A stretch of DNA of 63,695 nucleotides, counting the filler, from Folioceros fuciformis (lineage: Eukaryota), in NCBI GenBank assembly GCA_049999805.1. It is 7 parts of 7 records of this genome, joined end to end, with 100 filler letters (N's around TTAATTAATTAA, not from the genome) between each part and the next. Parts side by side here need not be neighbours in the genome. Positions count along the whole stretch, not along the records: positions 16,530 to 30,013 come from JBNGIO010001929.1; positions 30,114 to 35,767 come from JBNGIO010001932.1; positions 35,868 to 46,044 come from JBNGIO010001933.1; 4 more parts are not named here. One strand, 5' to 3'. The notes under the pieces are model-generated. The model had not been told where the DNA came from, searched no databases, and saw nothing but the letters and a program-made list of their open reading frames with translations. Position 1 is the first letter of the stretch. The number at the start of each line of letters is the position of its first letter. A program made the position numbers and the translations under genes. Shown here in pieces: positions 25,218 through 37,443 of the stretch.

Positions 25218-28200
25218 TTACAGAAGACAGTAAGCACAAGAGCAAAGAGTCGTACCATCGTGGCCAATCGCACCTTGGGAGTGGGTATGGCGTTTGGTGG
25301 CGACTAAGTCCGCATCCTGCCCACCTTCAGGTTGTCTGGATAATAGCAGCACAGCAGGTTGGGGTGTTGAGCTTAACGTCATATGCTCGGTCTTAACCAC
25401 CGGCGGGAATTTCATAAGGGAGGACGATGGGGAGTCGCCAGTATCTACAACAGAGTGCCGTTCCTTGTGTGCGGCAGTCTGCCTACTGAAACTGGTTTGA
25501 GTTCCGATATGAGACGTCCGTATGGGGCTCTGATTTAGAGGGACCGAATCCTGAACTTCCTCCATCCATCCAGTTTCAGTCTGCGTGGTAACAGTTTCCA
25601 CGTTTTCCTTCTCGTCGTTGTCACCTTCGTCCAGCTTGAAAACTGGGTGGAGATAAGCCTCCTGAAAGTACTTCTTTGAAGAGTCCACATCAGTAGGAGT
25701 TCCCCTATCGAGTGTGTCCTTACCCATTGCGTCCTGCAGCAAGAAACAAAAAGTCGAGGAATTCAGCACTTACCAAAAACCCATAAGCACCGCTTTCAGC
25801 ATTGCTCTGGGTCTGTTGGAGGGAACTACATGTACCTCCAGAGGATACTTCCGAAAAGCTGGCTCGAACCGACTCTTGCAGTACAGGTGGAAGAAGACGG
25901 TGACAATGGGAAGGCCAATGAGAAAAGGTGTCGACTCGGGGCCCTTTTTGCTTGCAAACAAACCGATCAAAACCACTTGCTCTAAAAGTAGAGATGCAAC
26001 AACACGTCCGTGAATATGCGGCCAGAAAGCACCAGCACTTTCGTAGTCCTGGTCGTATACATTTATCACCTGTCCAGGCAAACACACAAATGTGACCTGG
26101 CAAACTAAAGCTTGCATTTCAGCAGAGGGTCAGCACCGCCAGCACCGCCTAATTTTTCATGCCAGAGCTGGCATGCCAAATTAGACGATGATTCATTATG
26201 AGACAACAAGCGGAGAGAGTTACCTGATGGCGATAGACGACATAACCAAATGCAAAGAAAAGTACTATGAACGGCATAATGAGAGGCGTAATCACTGAGT
26301 AAACTATGCCCATAAGAAAATACAGTTCCAGCTGAGGAAACGCTTCATCAAAGCCTGCACTTCCCGGAGCCATGGCCTCCTCCCTATCCCTGCCTGTTTT
26401 AACCATGAACATGTTCTTGAGGTGATACAAGATCAGCGGTTTGAACCGTACAACTTCACCAGCTACAGCCGCCCACCCATCTACCATAATAAAAGTGATG
26501 AAAAAAGTGGCCTTCATGGGAATCGCAGTACCCAAGATGGTGGGGATGCTGCAAAAGAAGACATTTCTGTCATTCACAAGAAGAAACGTTTCTCAATTGT
26601 CTAAAAAGATTAGAAAGTGGAACTTACTCGCTTGGAGGTTGTTTGTATAAGGTCTGCAGCTGCTCAAATGCAGAACCTGCCAAGATACTCCCAAAAAATA
26701 CATTAACGACCATGAAATAGTACATCTTGGCTGCGGCCTTACGATCCAACACTGACAAAGCTAGCCAGCCTTCAATTTTTGACATCAGCATCAGTAGATG
26801 CGGTAACAGCAAAAGGAAAATCTTGAGGGCAAGCCCTGGCAAGAATCCTTGTAGAAAGGACTTCACCCAGGATCTGAAACCAATGATGACAGCTCCACGT
26901 CAGTTTCACGGATGAGCAGAGCTCCCAGAACCATCTGGTGCATGCAAGATTCTGGTTCGCCACTTCCATATGCCTATTACTTCCTCATAAACGGTAGCCT
27001 GTGTCATGCAATGCAGACCAAGTAGTCAGAAGGCAATCAATGACCTTGTAACCCACCTTTCAACAACAGGTCGTAACCAACTTGCTCTCCTCTCTAGCCC
27101 GTCCAAATTGGCCAAAGATTGCACGATGGCAACAGGGATCATGAAAAAGAACACAAGAAGGAAAGTTGCTCCAGCAATTAGCCACCTTCGGATATACAAT
27201 GATCCATAAGGTATTGCAAGGTTGGGCCAGTAGACATCCCGAGGCTCTGGGGCCATCTCTGTTAACCACGCTGTTGGATCCCTGCTTTGCTGTGTTTGAG
27301 CACAAACAGCTGCTCCCCAGCGAGTCTTAAAAGAAACGAAAGCAGCTGGCATTATTGCATCCTCGGAGGCCAGCACAATTTCCCGCTCCGCTGAAATCTG
27401 TGGCTCAGAAAATGTTATCAATTACCTTGCAAGACTTTAGCTAAGCTAAGAACGACAAACATGGTGAGCTTTAGGTACAGCCAACAACAGCGAAAAAAGA
27501 GATTTCGATTCGGCTTGAGTGAGGCAGAAAGACAGCAGGTTGCAGTTTGTTCAGATGTGCCTGTAAAAAATTTCAGGTAATCATCACAGAGCGGTTTATG
27601 ATGTGATACTTCTTCTACAACTGACCTCCAGCTTCAGCTGCTCTACCATTGCCGAGTAGTGGGTGATCGCGTCAACTCGCTCACCCCAAAGCCCTCCACA
27701 ACCAGTCTGACGTAACATTCAACGCTGTAGGGTTTAGCACGATACAATATTAAGGACAAACCACGAGGACAGCTAAAAGAAGCATTCTACCCTCACATGC
27801 GGCTATAGACTCTAGCAATGTGAAGCAACGATGTTGCAACGTTTGTGACAGAACAAGGGGCCTACTCTCAGGGATGGTCTTCGTTCTGGGTTTCTGGAGT
27901 ACTTCAATTCTTCATAATCCAACCAGTTTTGTACCTTTTCCTTCCTCTTCACAATTCCAGCAAGTTTGTTTGCATCGACAGCCATCTGCACAAGACAGTA
28001 GTAAACTTCAGCCAAGCCGGCAGGCAACTTTTGACGTATCACAAGACAGGAAACAGCAAACCTGGTGAGTGAGGTAATAATCTGGATGATTAGTGCGGAA
28101 ATACTGGCCAATGCTTTCGCTTATTGACCCATGTCGTGGGGGCGGCACCTGACGCACTAGCACCTGCAGGAAAGAAAAGTCCTTAACAGAAGATCTGAGC

Positions 28201-29181
28201 ATTTAAGCTGTCAAATACGCTTGACTGAAGTACTGAACATGCATGTGACAAGCCAAAGCGACAGCTCGGGTTCAAGCATCGACCGATGTCGCTGCTCCTA
28301 TGAAGTGCCAAAGCATGGAACAGGAATGCATACAGTGAACTGGTCTGGTCGATTTTCCTCTGCAGCCCTGAAACCGAGCCTCATGGCCGAAACGTTCTTG
28401 TATTCCATGTATAACAAGAAACACACCCATCCGGTGCACACGTATGACATGATAAGAGGGCCCCAAAGCCTGCAGGAGTGAAAACTCGTCAGCAGGGTAA
28501 AGATGCCAAGTCAGCAGTGAACCATTGGGCGAGCTGCTTCCAACCTTGGCGAACCGTCTGCAATGTTAGACATGGAGAGCTTGTCTATGTCGCTGTAGAA
28601 GAGAGCCTTGGTGTTGGTAACCGCTTGGCTAGCATCCACCAGTTGCTTGTCGGCCACATTGACAGGTACCAGTACAAGAAGGCCAAGTAGCATAATCGGA
28701 ATAAACATTTTGAGGCTGTTGCATTATTAAGGCCACGGTGACCAACAGTTCTTCTCACTCAGACAATTGATGTCAACCACACAGGAATGCCCCACATACA
28801 GCATCTGCAACAAAAGGTTCAAGTTTTTCTAAGGAGTGGAGAAGGAGCGGCTGAATGTACCCACCCAAGAGTAAAAATCCGCAGGAATACAGCAGAATCC
28901 AAGCCCGCATGCTCTATCAGCTCTTCTTCACTCATTCGAAGAGCAGGCCGGCACCAGTCAAAAATCCCGAGGTACGCGCGATAGTTGAGGTTGAAAAACT
29001 TGGTGACAGTTCTGTCCAGCTTTTTATTGCCCCCCTTGCGAAGTCCTTTGAGATACAGCTTCGGAAAATAGACACGGTCATTTGCTGGCTGTGTCTTGAG
29101 AACTTTGAAGAGAAACAGGAACAGAAGAGTGGTGAGGATGTTGATAGCCGCAGACAGGCCGATGTCAGACACAGACGCCAT
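25218..29181 (-). CDS. OSCA/CSC1 (ERD4/TMEM63 family) hyperosmolality-gated cation channel, OSCA1-like, multi-exon
   Basis: Starts MASVSDIGLSAAIN...NDRVYFPKLYLKG. Motifs EELIEHAGLDSAVFLRI, RPDQFT, AFVSFKTRWGAAVCAQTQQ, APEPRDVYWPNL, QGFLPGLALKIFL, KATFFITFIMVDGWA, YESAGAFWP, AYLHPVF. The junctions I checked are GT-AG and in frame. Confidence 0.95.
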
Positions 29182-29607
29182 GAGTTCGTTCAGGCTGACC
29201 TGCAACAGAGAGCGAGCAAATGCTCGTTCCGCTTTCTTCCCTGAAAAGTCGGTCTTTATTTCCACTTTATGCATATAATTCACAGTATTACGGATCGCTG
29301 GTCCTCAGGGCTAGCCTAGCTCAACGGCTATGTTTTTAAGAATCCCGCGTCATTTCTTCTACCCATGCTTCAACCTCTCAATTTCGGACCTGTTTATCGT
29401 ATCTAGCTAATTCTTGGTAACGGCGTAATTTCCTCGTCATCCTTGGTAGAGTCGCAATGGCAGGTAAGGAGAGGAGGGACTTTCGAACTGAAGGAATCTA
29501 AGAGAAATATACATATAACTTGCAAGATAGGGTGATGGCTAAGGCATACCAAACTGGAGAGAGGGGTCTGGCAGAAAAATAATTCTCTAAATAGTGAGGG
29601 CTTTTCG

Positions 29608-29990
29608 TGGTAAGGAGGGAGGGGATGGAGGTTTGAACATGAATGTTTAGTTTATGAAGATAAAAATCCAAACTGGCCATTTGCACATTCGGTTGACATA
29701 TGGTGAGGGTCTACTTTCAAAACTTCAGTAGCAGCACCATCTAAATTCTTTCAGCACATCCTCATTCTATTAACACCAGATCTAGCAAGGCATGGAAATT
29801 TGGGGTTTTTGGTTTAGCCTTTGTGGTGGATGGAGGTGTGGGTTGCGACATCCAATTTAGGGCTTACAGGTTGGGTTCCTTTGGTTTGTGTTTAAGCCTA
29901 CTTTGTGGATTCGTGTATGTACATCTGTTTCCCTCCACTCCACCCTAGGCCTCATGTAGAAACCTGCATCCCCTCCCTCCTTACTTACCA
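29608..29990. mobile_element. MITE-like element (about 380 bp) with about 35-bp imperfect terminal inverted repeats
   Basis: Left end TGGTAAGGAGGGAGGGGATGGAGGTTTGAACATGA; right end reverse complement TGGTAAGTAAGGAGGGAGGGGATGCAGGTTTCTACATGA. Non-coding interior, no clear TSD. Confidence 0.65.
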
Positions 29991-31104
29991 GAGTTGCTCC
30001 CCAAGCCAAGCAGNNNNNNNNNNNNNNNNNNNNNNNNNNNNNNNNNNNNNNNNNNNNTTAATTAATTAANNNNNNNNNNNNNNNNNNNNNNNNNNNNNNN
30101 NNNNNNNNNNNNNCCATGATGTTGTTGTCGGAAAACAAGGCATTGGCACCTATCCTTGCAATGCGGCTGCTGGATAACAAAGCTACTATGTGAAGAAAAC
30201 ACAAATCTGTCTACTCTTAGGACATGATTATTTTTTCCTTTTGTTGGTGTTTACTAATTGTTGCTATTGATCCCATGTTGTTGTTGCCGTAGTTTGGTAT
30301 TTGATTGGAGGGAAATGGCGCCCTTGCAAGATGTAGTTCTTAGTTTGTGGTGTGTAGTTTGTGGGGCATTATGGTGGCTTCGATTGTTTTAGAGGATTGG
30401 ACATCCACATCCTTTTAGGGTTCATTTGGTGTGTTTCTGGAGAGGTTTGCAAGGTCTAGTGGTTGGGGCGCCGTTATTGTAGGTGATAAAAGGGAGGTTT
30501 GAGCACCAAAGGTTGCTTTTTTTTGGGTGGCCCGGAGGTTTAGGGTTATGGTGTTTATAGGTGCATGTGGGTTTGCAACATATTATATACTTCATGCTAA
30601 TGCTTTGTTTTTCTTTTCATATGTTGCTAGCCTACACGTCACTCACGGTTGGGGTGGAAATATTACTCTCTAAGTGGCTAGTACATGTGGTTTCAAAATT
30701 CTTTTCTAGTGAGTAGGTGGTAGCAAGAAACGTGATAAGTGCTTGCAACATGAGTTTCCCTTGTTTTCGAGCACTGAACATCTTGCTTCGAGGCTCTTAT
30801 TCAAGTTGGGTAGAGGTATCATTTTGTTCAATTGCTTGCGGCATGGGTTCCTCTCATGGTCTAGCATATGACACTTTGCTTCAATGCTTCTAATGCGAGG
30901 CATGAATGGTGAGTTGGGCATTGGCTTCATTTTTTTCAAGTACTTGCAATACGAGTTTCTTTGGTGTTCTAAGTGGACATATTGTTTTGAAGGTCTTTTT
31001 TCGAGTTCTTTCTAGTTTGAAAACTCATGTTTCAAGGGCATTTGGGGGTCCTCTTTTGAGGATATTTGGTCAATGCTGGAGTGTAGAACATGTGTCACTA
31101 CTGC

Positions 31105-31315
31105 CAGTTTGGATGACTTCTGGTCAATGTCGATTTAGAGAACATTTGGTCGTTGACAATTTGTTGGCCATCTGGTCGCTGCCGGTTTGTTGGACATTTG
31201 GTCGCTGCTAGTTTAGGGGACATTTGGTGACCACCGGTTTAGAAGACATTTGGTCATTGTCGATTTAGAGGACACTTGGTTGCTTGTAGTTTAAAGGACA
31301 TTTGGTGGTTGCCAT
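31105..31315. repeat. Degenerate tandem repeat, about 26-bp unit (GGACATTTGGTCGCTG..GTTTAGA)
   Basis: Repeated ACATTTGGT...GTTTAG motifs, about 7-8 copies. Confidence 0.75.
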
Positions 31316-32976
31316 TGCAAGTGATGAATCATGAACTCGTTGCAGCTGTTGGAAGCATGGAAGTTCAAGAAAAATTGTGGGTGATGTCTAATATCTATAG
31401 GCTGGGATGCATACCACACCTCTGCTTGGTAATAGGCACAATGTAGAGCTCTAGGTTGGATTCTAGAGCTAAAACTAAGGGATCAATGAAAAGTAGAGTC
31501 ACGAAACTAAGTAAATTGACAACCTTCATGAATATAGATGAAAAAAAAGTGCATTAGATTGTTGAGAGAATAAGAGCACATGGCTCACATACTTATAAGC
31601 ATTCAACGAGTTGTTGCTCAGGTCCAAGGATTGCAAAGTAGAAATGCTCCCAAACTAGAAAGGAATTGGAGAGACGAGAAGAGGACAAGCTTAAAATCTG
31701 AAGAAGAGCATAGTTCGCGATTTGGGATGCCATGCTACTCATGAGGTAATTGGCAGACACATGTGAGGAAAATCCTAACATATTTATAAGTACATGAGGA
31801 AAACCCTAAAAGAATATTTGGATCGAGTAGCATTTGCCATCTTTTTCTCTATTTTCATCTTTTATGCATCTAATGTCTTAGGGTATCCTGGCATCTATAT
31901 ACTTGGTGCTTATTACTGGGTGCTTATTGTTGAAGTAGGCAAACATATGAAGAAGCTTAGCTTTTAATTTATTTCTAGAGTGAGAAAACAAAAGGGCAAA
32001 GCAGGGAGCTTTTCTTGGCTTTGCCTTCCTTGTAGCACACATTTCCAAGTTTTTATTGATATTTATGCAATTACAATAATAATAAATTAATTAAATAATA
32101 ATAATATTTATTATGAATATTTAATTTCTAGAGATCAAATTATGTCATACACTTGTACACCCATCATTCCAAATAGAATAGAATAGAATAGAATATTTTC
32201 CGATTCCACTCCTAATCACAAAGTTCTCTGAGCAGCTGATAATTTAACAAAGGATAATTTATGGGTAGCTGGTTACCGTCTTTCGTTTTATAATAAAGTG
32301 TCGGCTCAGGTTTGGTATTCAGTAGTGTAGTCGTGTACGAGTCTACTGCATATATACGTGGAGGAAATTGTAGGGCAGTACACTTGTGGACCACGTTGCG
32401 TCCATGCGGGAAGAAGCAACTGTGAATTCGATGTGGCCAGGCTTTCTGCCGAGCTGGCGGTCAAAGAGTGGTTCCCGGATGGAGAAGTTGCCTAGACGCG
32501 TTCCGAGCGTATCAAAGCCCTGCCGCTGGGTATAGCCTTCCAGCATTCCGCCTTACCACATTCGCATCCGCACGCCTCCTCCTAGGCCGCCGGAGACCGG
32601 ACTCTGAAAGGGAAGCGTACTGGCCGCCACGAGGAATCGCAGTCTGAAGAGATACCGGCATCCAGCATCCAGCATCCTTTAAACTTCGCCTCCGCTTGCC
32701 TCTGCGTCTCGTGCTTTTGGTTGATGGCTGCGTTGCGACTCTGCTCTTGCCGCTCCTGCGCTGCCTGCGTGGATGCGGTGTTGGCTTCTCGCTGCCGATG
32801 CGGGTGGGATTGTGTATGTGGAGGGAAGCAAGGGACGTAGTCGGTGGTTGGCGGTTGCTGCGGATCCAGGCTTGGGTTTGCTGAGTTCGGGCCTGTTGGG
32901 CGCTTTGTGCGGTGTGAGGATTTGTTGGGTTCGGGCTCCGTGGGCGGTTCTTGCGGTGTGAAGAAGCGGTGGAGGT

Positions 32977-34290
32977 ATGGCGCGGAAAGGAGGCAAGGGT
33001 CGGGGTCGGGGCCGGGGGGAGGACACGGATGATGAGACCTTGAGCACCGTCTCCTCTCGCGAGACCGGGTCCATGTGTTCCTCGTATGGGGAGGAGGAGG
33101 CGGAGTACAAGGAGTTGTCACAGGTTGATGGGTTTATGGACGCGTTGTATGAGAAGCGAGGGAGTGTCAGGGAGTCGGGATTGCGGGGGCTCATTGCGCT
33201 ATTGGCGTGTAATATGGAGTTGATGTCGGAGGTGTTGGTGGACAAGTACGAGACTCTGGTGGGGAGGTTTGTGAATTGCGTCAAGAAGGGAGGGGCATCG
33301 GAGGTGGCCCTGGCCTGTAGGGCCTTGGGGCTTTTGGCCCTGACCGCGGCCGCTGAAGGGAGTTTAGGTTTGGAGCTTTTGTTGGAGGAGTGTTTCCCAC
33401 CATTGTTGAAGCTTGTGAAGGGGAATTCCGTGGCGGGTTTGGAGTGTATGGCAGTGGTGTCTTTCATCGGGATTTGCACTGGGGATTTGGATGTGGAGGC
33501 GTCGGCTCTGGGGTCTGTGGATGTGGCGGAAGGTGGGGTTATCGGGATGGTTTGGCAGGTGGCGTCCGGGAAGGGGTCGGTGACTGTGAAGGCAGCGGCT
33601 GTGGCAGCTTGGAATCTTTTATTCACTACTCTGCCGTCGCATAGGGTTGCTCATTACGTGAAACTGACGCTTCCTCCCCTGTGTGCCGTCCTCATTGATG
33701 CTGAAGACTTGGCTGTCCGAAAGGCTGCCGGGGAGGCTGTTGGGCTGCTCTTCGAGGCTGCCGCGCTGCCGGAGGGTGTGGCAAGGGGAGGGGCTTCTGA
33801 GGATTCCGATTATGAAGCTGCCTGGGCTGCTCGGGGGAATGCGTTCTGTGGGTTGATGCATGAAATGAAGGCATTGATGGTTTCGCTGAGTGACGTTGAG
33901 AGTAAGTCACGGCAGTCCAAGAAAGAGCGCCTGGCCAAGGTGAATACCAGCTCCTTCCGCTCCTTCTTGGGTAGTATCGAAGATGGGTGTGAATGTCGGG
34001 AGACAGTTGTCAAGCTCAACCAGGGGGATGTTTTGAGGATCAGCACGTGGGCTCAGACCGTTCAACTGAATTATCTACGCAAGTATTTGGCAGAGGGCTT
34101 TCAGAAGCATATGCAGGAAAACCCTCTGCTGCATTATATATTCGACTACGTTCCCCGGGAGCGGGAGACCCCAGGAATGGAGATGGACAAGAGGGAAAGG
34201 AGGCTGCACTCGTCTTTCGTCAGTAAAGGAAGAACCCGACGCATGAACCACCTCCGATCCGTGAAGACTGAGTACCTCGCTGGATGGTGA
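32977..34290 (+). CDS. Interferon-related developmental regulator (IFRD1/SAT32-like), 437 aa, single coding exon
   Basis: Uninterrupted ORF. Motifs DALYEKRGSVRESGL, VKKGGASEVALACRALGLLALT, VRKAAGEAVGLLFE and the IFRD C-terminal ISTWAQTVQLNYLRKYLAEGFQKHMQENPLLHYIF. Confidence 0.9.
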   Translation: MARKGGKGRGRGRGEDTDDETLSTVSSRETGSMCSSYGEEEAEYKELSQVDGFMDALYEKRGSVRESGLRGLIALLACNMELMSEVLVDKYETLVGRFVNCVKKGGASEVALACRALGLLALTAAAEGSLGLELLLEECFPPLLKLVKGNSVAGLECMAVVSFIGICTGDLDVEASALGSVDVAEGGVIGMVWQVASGKGSVTVKAAAVAAWNLLFTTLPSHRVAHYVKLTLPPLCAVLIDAEDLAVRKAAGEAVGLLFEAAALPEGVARGGASEDSDYEAAWAARGNAFCGLMHEMKALMVSLSDVESKSRQSKKERLAKVNTSSFRSFLGSIEDGCECRETVVKLNQGDVLRISTWAQTVQLNYLRKYLAEGFQKHMQENPLLHYIFDYVPRERETPGMEMDKRERRLHSSFVSKGRTRRMNHLRSVKTEYLAGW

Positions 34291-36282
34291 CATTACAGCG
34301 TAGAAACGCACCAATGACGCATTTGGCTGCTTGGCTCTCAATTCTTTGGCACGCATTCTTTCAGGGCAGGCAACGTGACAATTGGACAAGGGCCTGTCTG
34401 GTGTAGCTTTTGCCAGATTCTTTTCTACAGGTGTATTGTTTTCTGAATCGAGCAGTCCCGACTATATTTGACGTCTTTGTGGTCATCAGCTACTTACATA
34501 CACAGAGGTCCTGACCTACCAACGTATTGACGTATTTTAATCGCAGTAATTGAAATATGCGCCTAGGAGAGGGTGCCGGTTGGCTAAGATCGGCTAAGCC
34601 TCCCGCCCGACTTACAAACCATCAGGTTTATGAGTGTACATGAAGATCTGTAGCAGTGAATGGTTTTGAAACCGGTGTGGATAAATAGTGTAAAGAAAAT
34701 CTATAAAGTCTTCATTTCTCTAGCCAATAGTTGCAGATTGGAACCTTCCTTCCAGATCCAGCCCCTCAGCTCTTTCTCCTCCTTCCTACGTCATATTGTC
34801 GGGATTATGTACATCAGTTGTAAGACTCTTATGACAAGTCACAACAAGCTTACAACTGTATAGTCACAACGTGTGACTATACATCGGCTTGACAAGACTG
34901 CGCACGCATACACTAACCACCTGTCACTTCACAAATTCGCCAAGCACAGCTTTTTTCAATCGGAGTTGTCAGCCAACTGTACAGCCTTGTCCAAGATCCG
35001 CAACTGGGCCGCGGACAGTTGCCCCAGGATCCAGGGCCTGCTGCTTCCTCGAAGCGGATTCGACCCTTGAATGTCGTTGTGATAGCATATGCCCATGGCA
35101 GATACGGGCCACTGCACGGCAGTGAAGCTTGATATCGTTGTCGTGTCCTGTGAAAGAAAGTTGTTGCGAGGTAGGCCCATATGACCCATGGCGAAGACCC
35201 CTCGTTGTGCTCCAGTGGAACACGAAACACTTTCGTGTGTAACATTTCTGCTCAAGAACAGAGGTCGCTGCATGACTTACTTTCGGGCCACACTTCCCAC
35301 TGTGGATGCCAGAATCATGAGCGGAGCAGGAAAGAGTGTTGTTGATGGAGGTAACGTATTACTGGCATCCTATGTTCACAGACAGGTATTCCAAAATGAC
35401 CGAACTCTCCACACAAAGGGGATCCAAAATGACGAACATAAGTGACAATCGGAACCAGAGAGCAAGAACAGATTGCCGTCGAAAACAGTGTGGAACGAAA
35501 CATAGGTCGGGGGAGCGAAAATTGCCCATCGTCGCGCATCAAAATCTGGCCTCCACTCATGCTCGCACCCTTAAACTTGCGCTGGGTACGGAGAGGTGTG
35601 TATGGCCGCGGTGGAGGCCCAAGAGCAGCAGGATGGTGACAATTCGAAGGACACGCGCAGTCACAGCGAAGGGGAGTGCTCCGAAGAAAGGAGCTCCGCT
35701 CGCCCTCCCGCCATTCGCTCCGCCTCCAGGCCCCGCTCTCCGGTGCGGATGCGAATGATGTCGTCGANNNNNNNNNNNNNNNNNNNNNNNNNNNNNNNNN
35801 NNNNNNNNNNNTTAATTAATTAANNNNNNNNNNNNNNNNNNNNNNNNNNNNNNNNNNNNNNNNNNNNTGTTAGTAGAAATTCAAACTAATTCAACTATTT
35901 CTACCTACTTGATGTAATTGGATCTCACCATCGATTTTATTCTTAATCTAAATATTTTTAAATAAATTAAATAATAATAAAATATTATTTATTTATTTAC
36001 TTTAATATGTGACTAACTTGAGGATGCAATCATATATTACAAGAATGATTCATTAAGTTATGTACATGGAGAAGAAGGAAGTAGAAATTAGGTCATATGA
36101 CCTTAAACACATGGGTTTTATAAGAAAATTTATGACAATAAATCATACCACTTAAAGATATGCAATATATGAGTAAAGTGTACATCTTATTGATGTGTAT
36201 TCAAAGTGTAGGTCAAAATGCAGCTGACAGACATAGAGACTAAAAATAATCTTTGATAATATTTTTGCAAGGAAAAGATACA

Positions 36283-37107
36283 TTATTTGAGCATTGTTGC
36301 TTGCACAGGAGGACTCATAGCTTGTTGTGTTTCATTAGTATTTGTTGAATGTTGAGTGAGATGAATTGGGGTTCGCCATCCTGCATTTGTATTCTTTAAA
36401 TAGATAATTTTAGAGTTCTTTTTTCATGTATTCCTAAAACACATGGTCATTTTAAAAGTGTAAAGATGGTTTCAGCTAAAGAAGATAACTTCTTATGTAG
36501 TACCTAGAGCAGGATCAATTCCTTGCAATTTCAATTCCCTGAATTCTTGACATAAAGCACAAGATCCCAAAAAGAGGTGTGCATAAAAATCAGAGCAAGG
36601 GTATTCAGGAAGATTGAACTTTGCTCGAAGTTTTGTTCGATAAATATAGGCGTAACATGAATGCATGCACACCAAGTTTAGCAGACAATATGTCATGCCT
36701 GTTTGAAAACATGCTGCACATCTCAACATTCCAAAATTACTGTTGGATCTTTTAATCCATGCTGAATAAGAAAAAAAAAAAACTTCAAATGGCATGGGAA
36801 AGAAAAAAATACATGAATATCCATTGTCCAAAATTTCTGCAATCTGCCCGAAGGGCATGCAAGGGGCTACTAATGTGATACAACCTGGTGTGACATTGTA
36901 GTATTAATGACAAAAATAGCAAATAGAAAGACGAATTTTAATAGGAAACTTACACACTACTTGATCTTCAAAGCATGAACAAAATCCAGTCTTCCATGTA
37001 AGTGGATATGATATGGGTTGTGGAGCATTTAAATGAGGAGGTGAAGCAAAAGGACATCCAGGTTGATTAGAACAACAAGGAGGTGATCCAGACCTTGTGC
37101 AGTCCAT
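36283..37107 (-). CDS. PLAC8-domain protein (Plant Cadmium Resistance/CNR/FWL family), 177 aa, 4 exons
   Basis: Exons 37107-36954, 36884-36813, 36713-36504 and 36380-36283 total 534 nt with GT-AG borders. Motifs WKTGFCSCFED, CCITLVAPCMPFGQIAEI, YRTKLRAKFNL, CALCQEFREL, GIDPALGW. Confidence 0.9.
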
Positions 37108-37443
37108 CACAAACTTCTTTCATACATGTTTATTAATTTGCGATAATTTTAAGTAGGTACATGAACAAAATCTGTGGAGATATTATTTTTTTACAGCCAA
37201 TGAAACCAACATTATTCATAACACGGTGTATACATATCATAATATTGGTTGGACTATATAATCTCCACTTGGACGCCGATATAAGTCGGCATAAAATCGC
37301 ACAATAATTTAATTAACATCCCCTGGTAACAATCAATGCAGGCCGACGTTGGCCTCGACATCCGCTAAAACGGTATACCCCAAATTAAGTGGTGTACTGT
37401 AAGCTTCCATACTTACCCCTCGGCACAAAGGCTGGGCCTCGGT

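Noticed and set aside
29453..29470. ATGGCAG|GTAAGG as the first exon of a gene divergent from OSCA
   Set aside because: No downstream exons are identifiable before the contig end.
30114..31100. Possible retroelement gag remnant
   Set aside because: Only short broken frames with no diagnostic motif, so it is too weak to call.
32679..33626. 315-aa antisense ORF
   Set aside because: It is the shadow of the G-skewed IFRD coding strand and has no recognisable domain.
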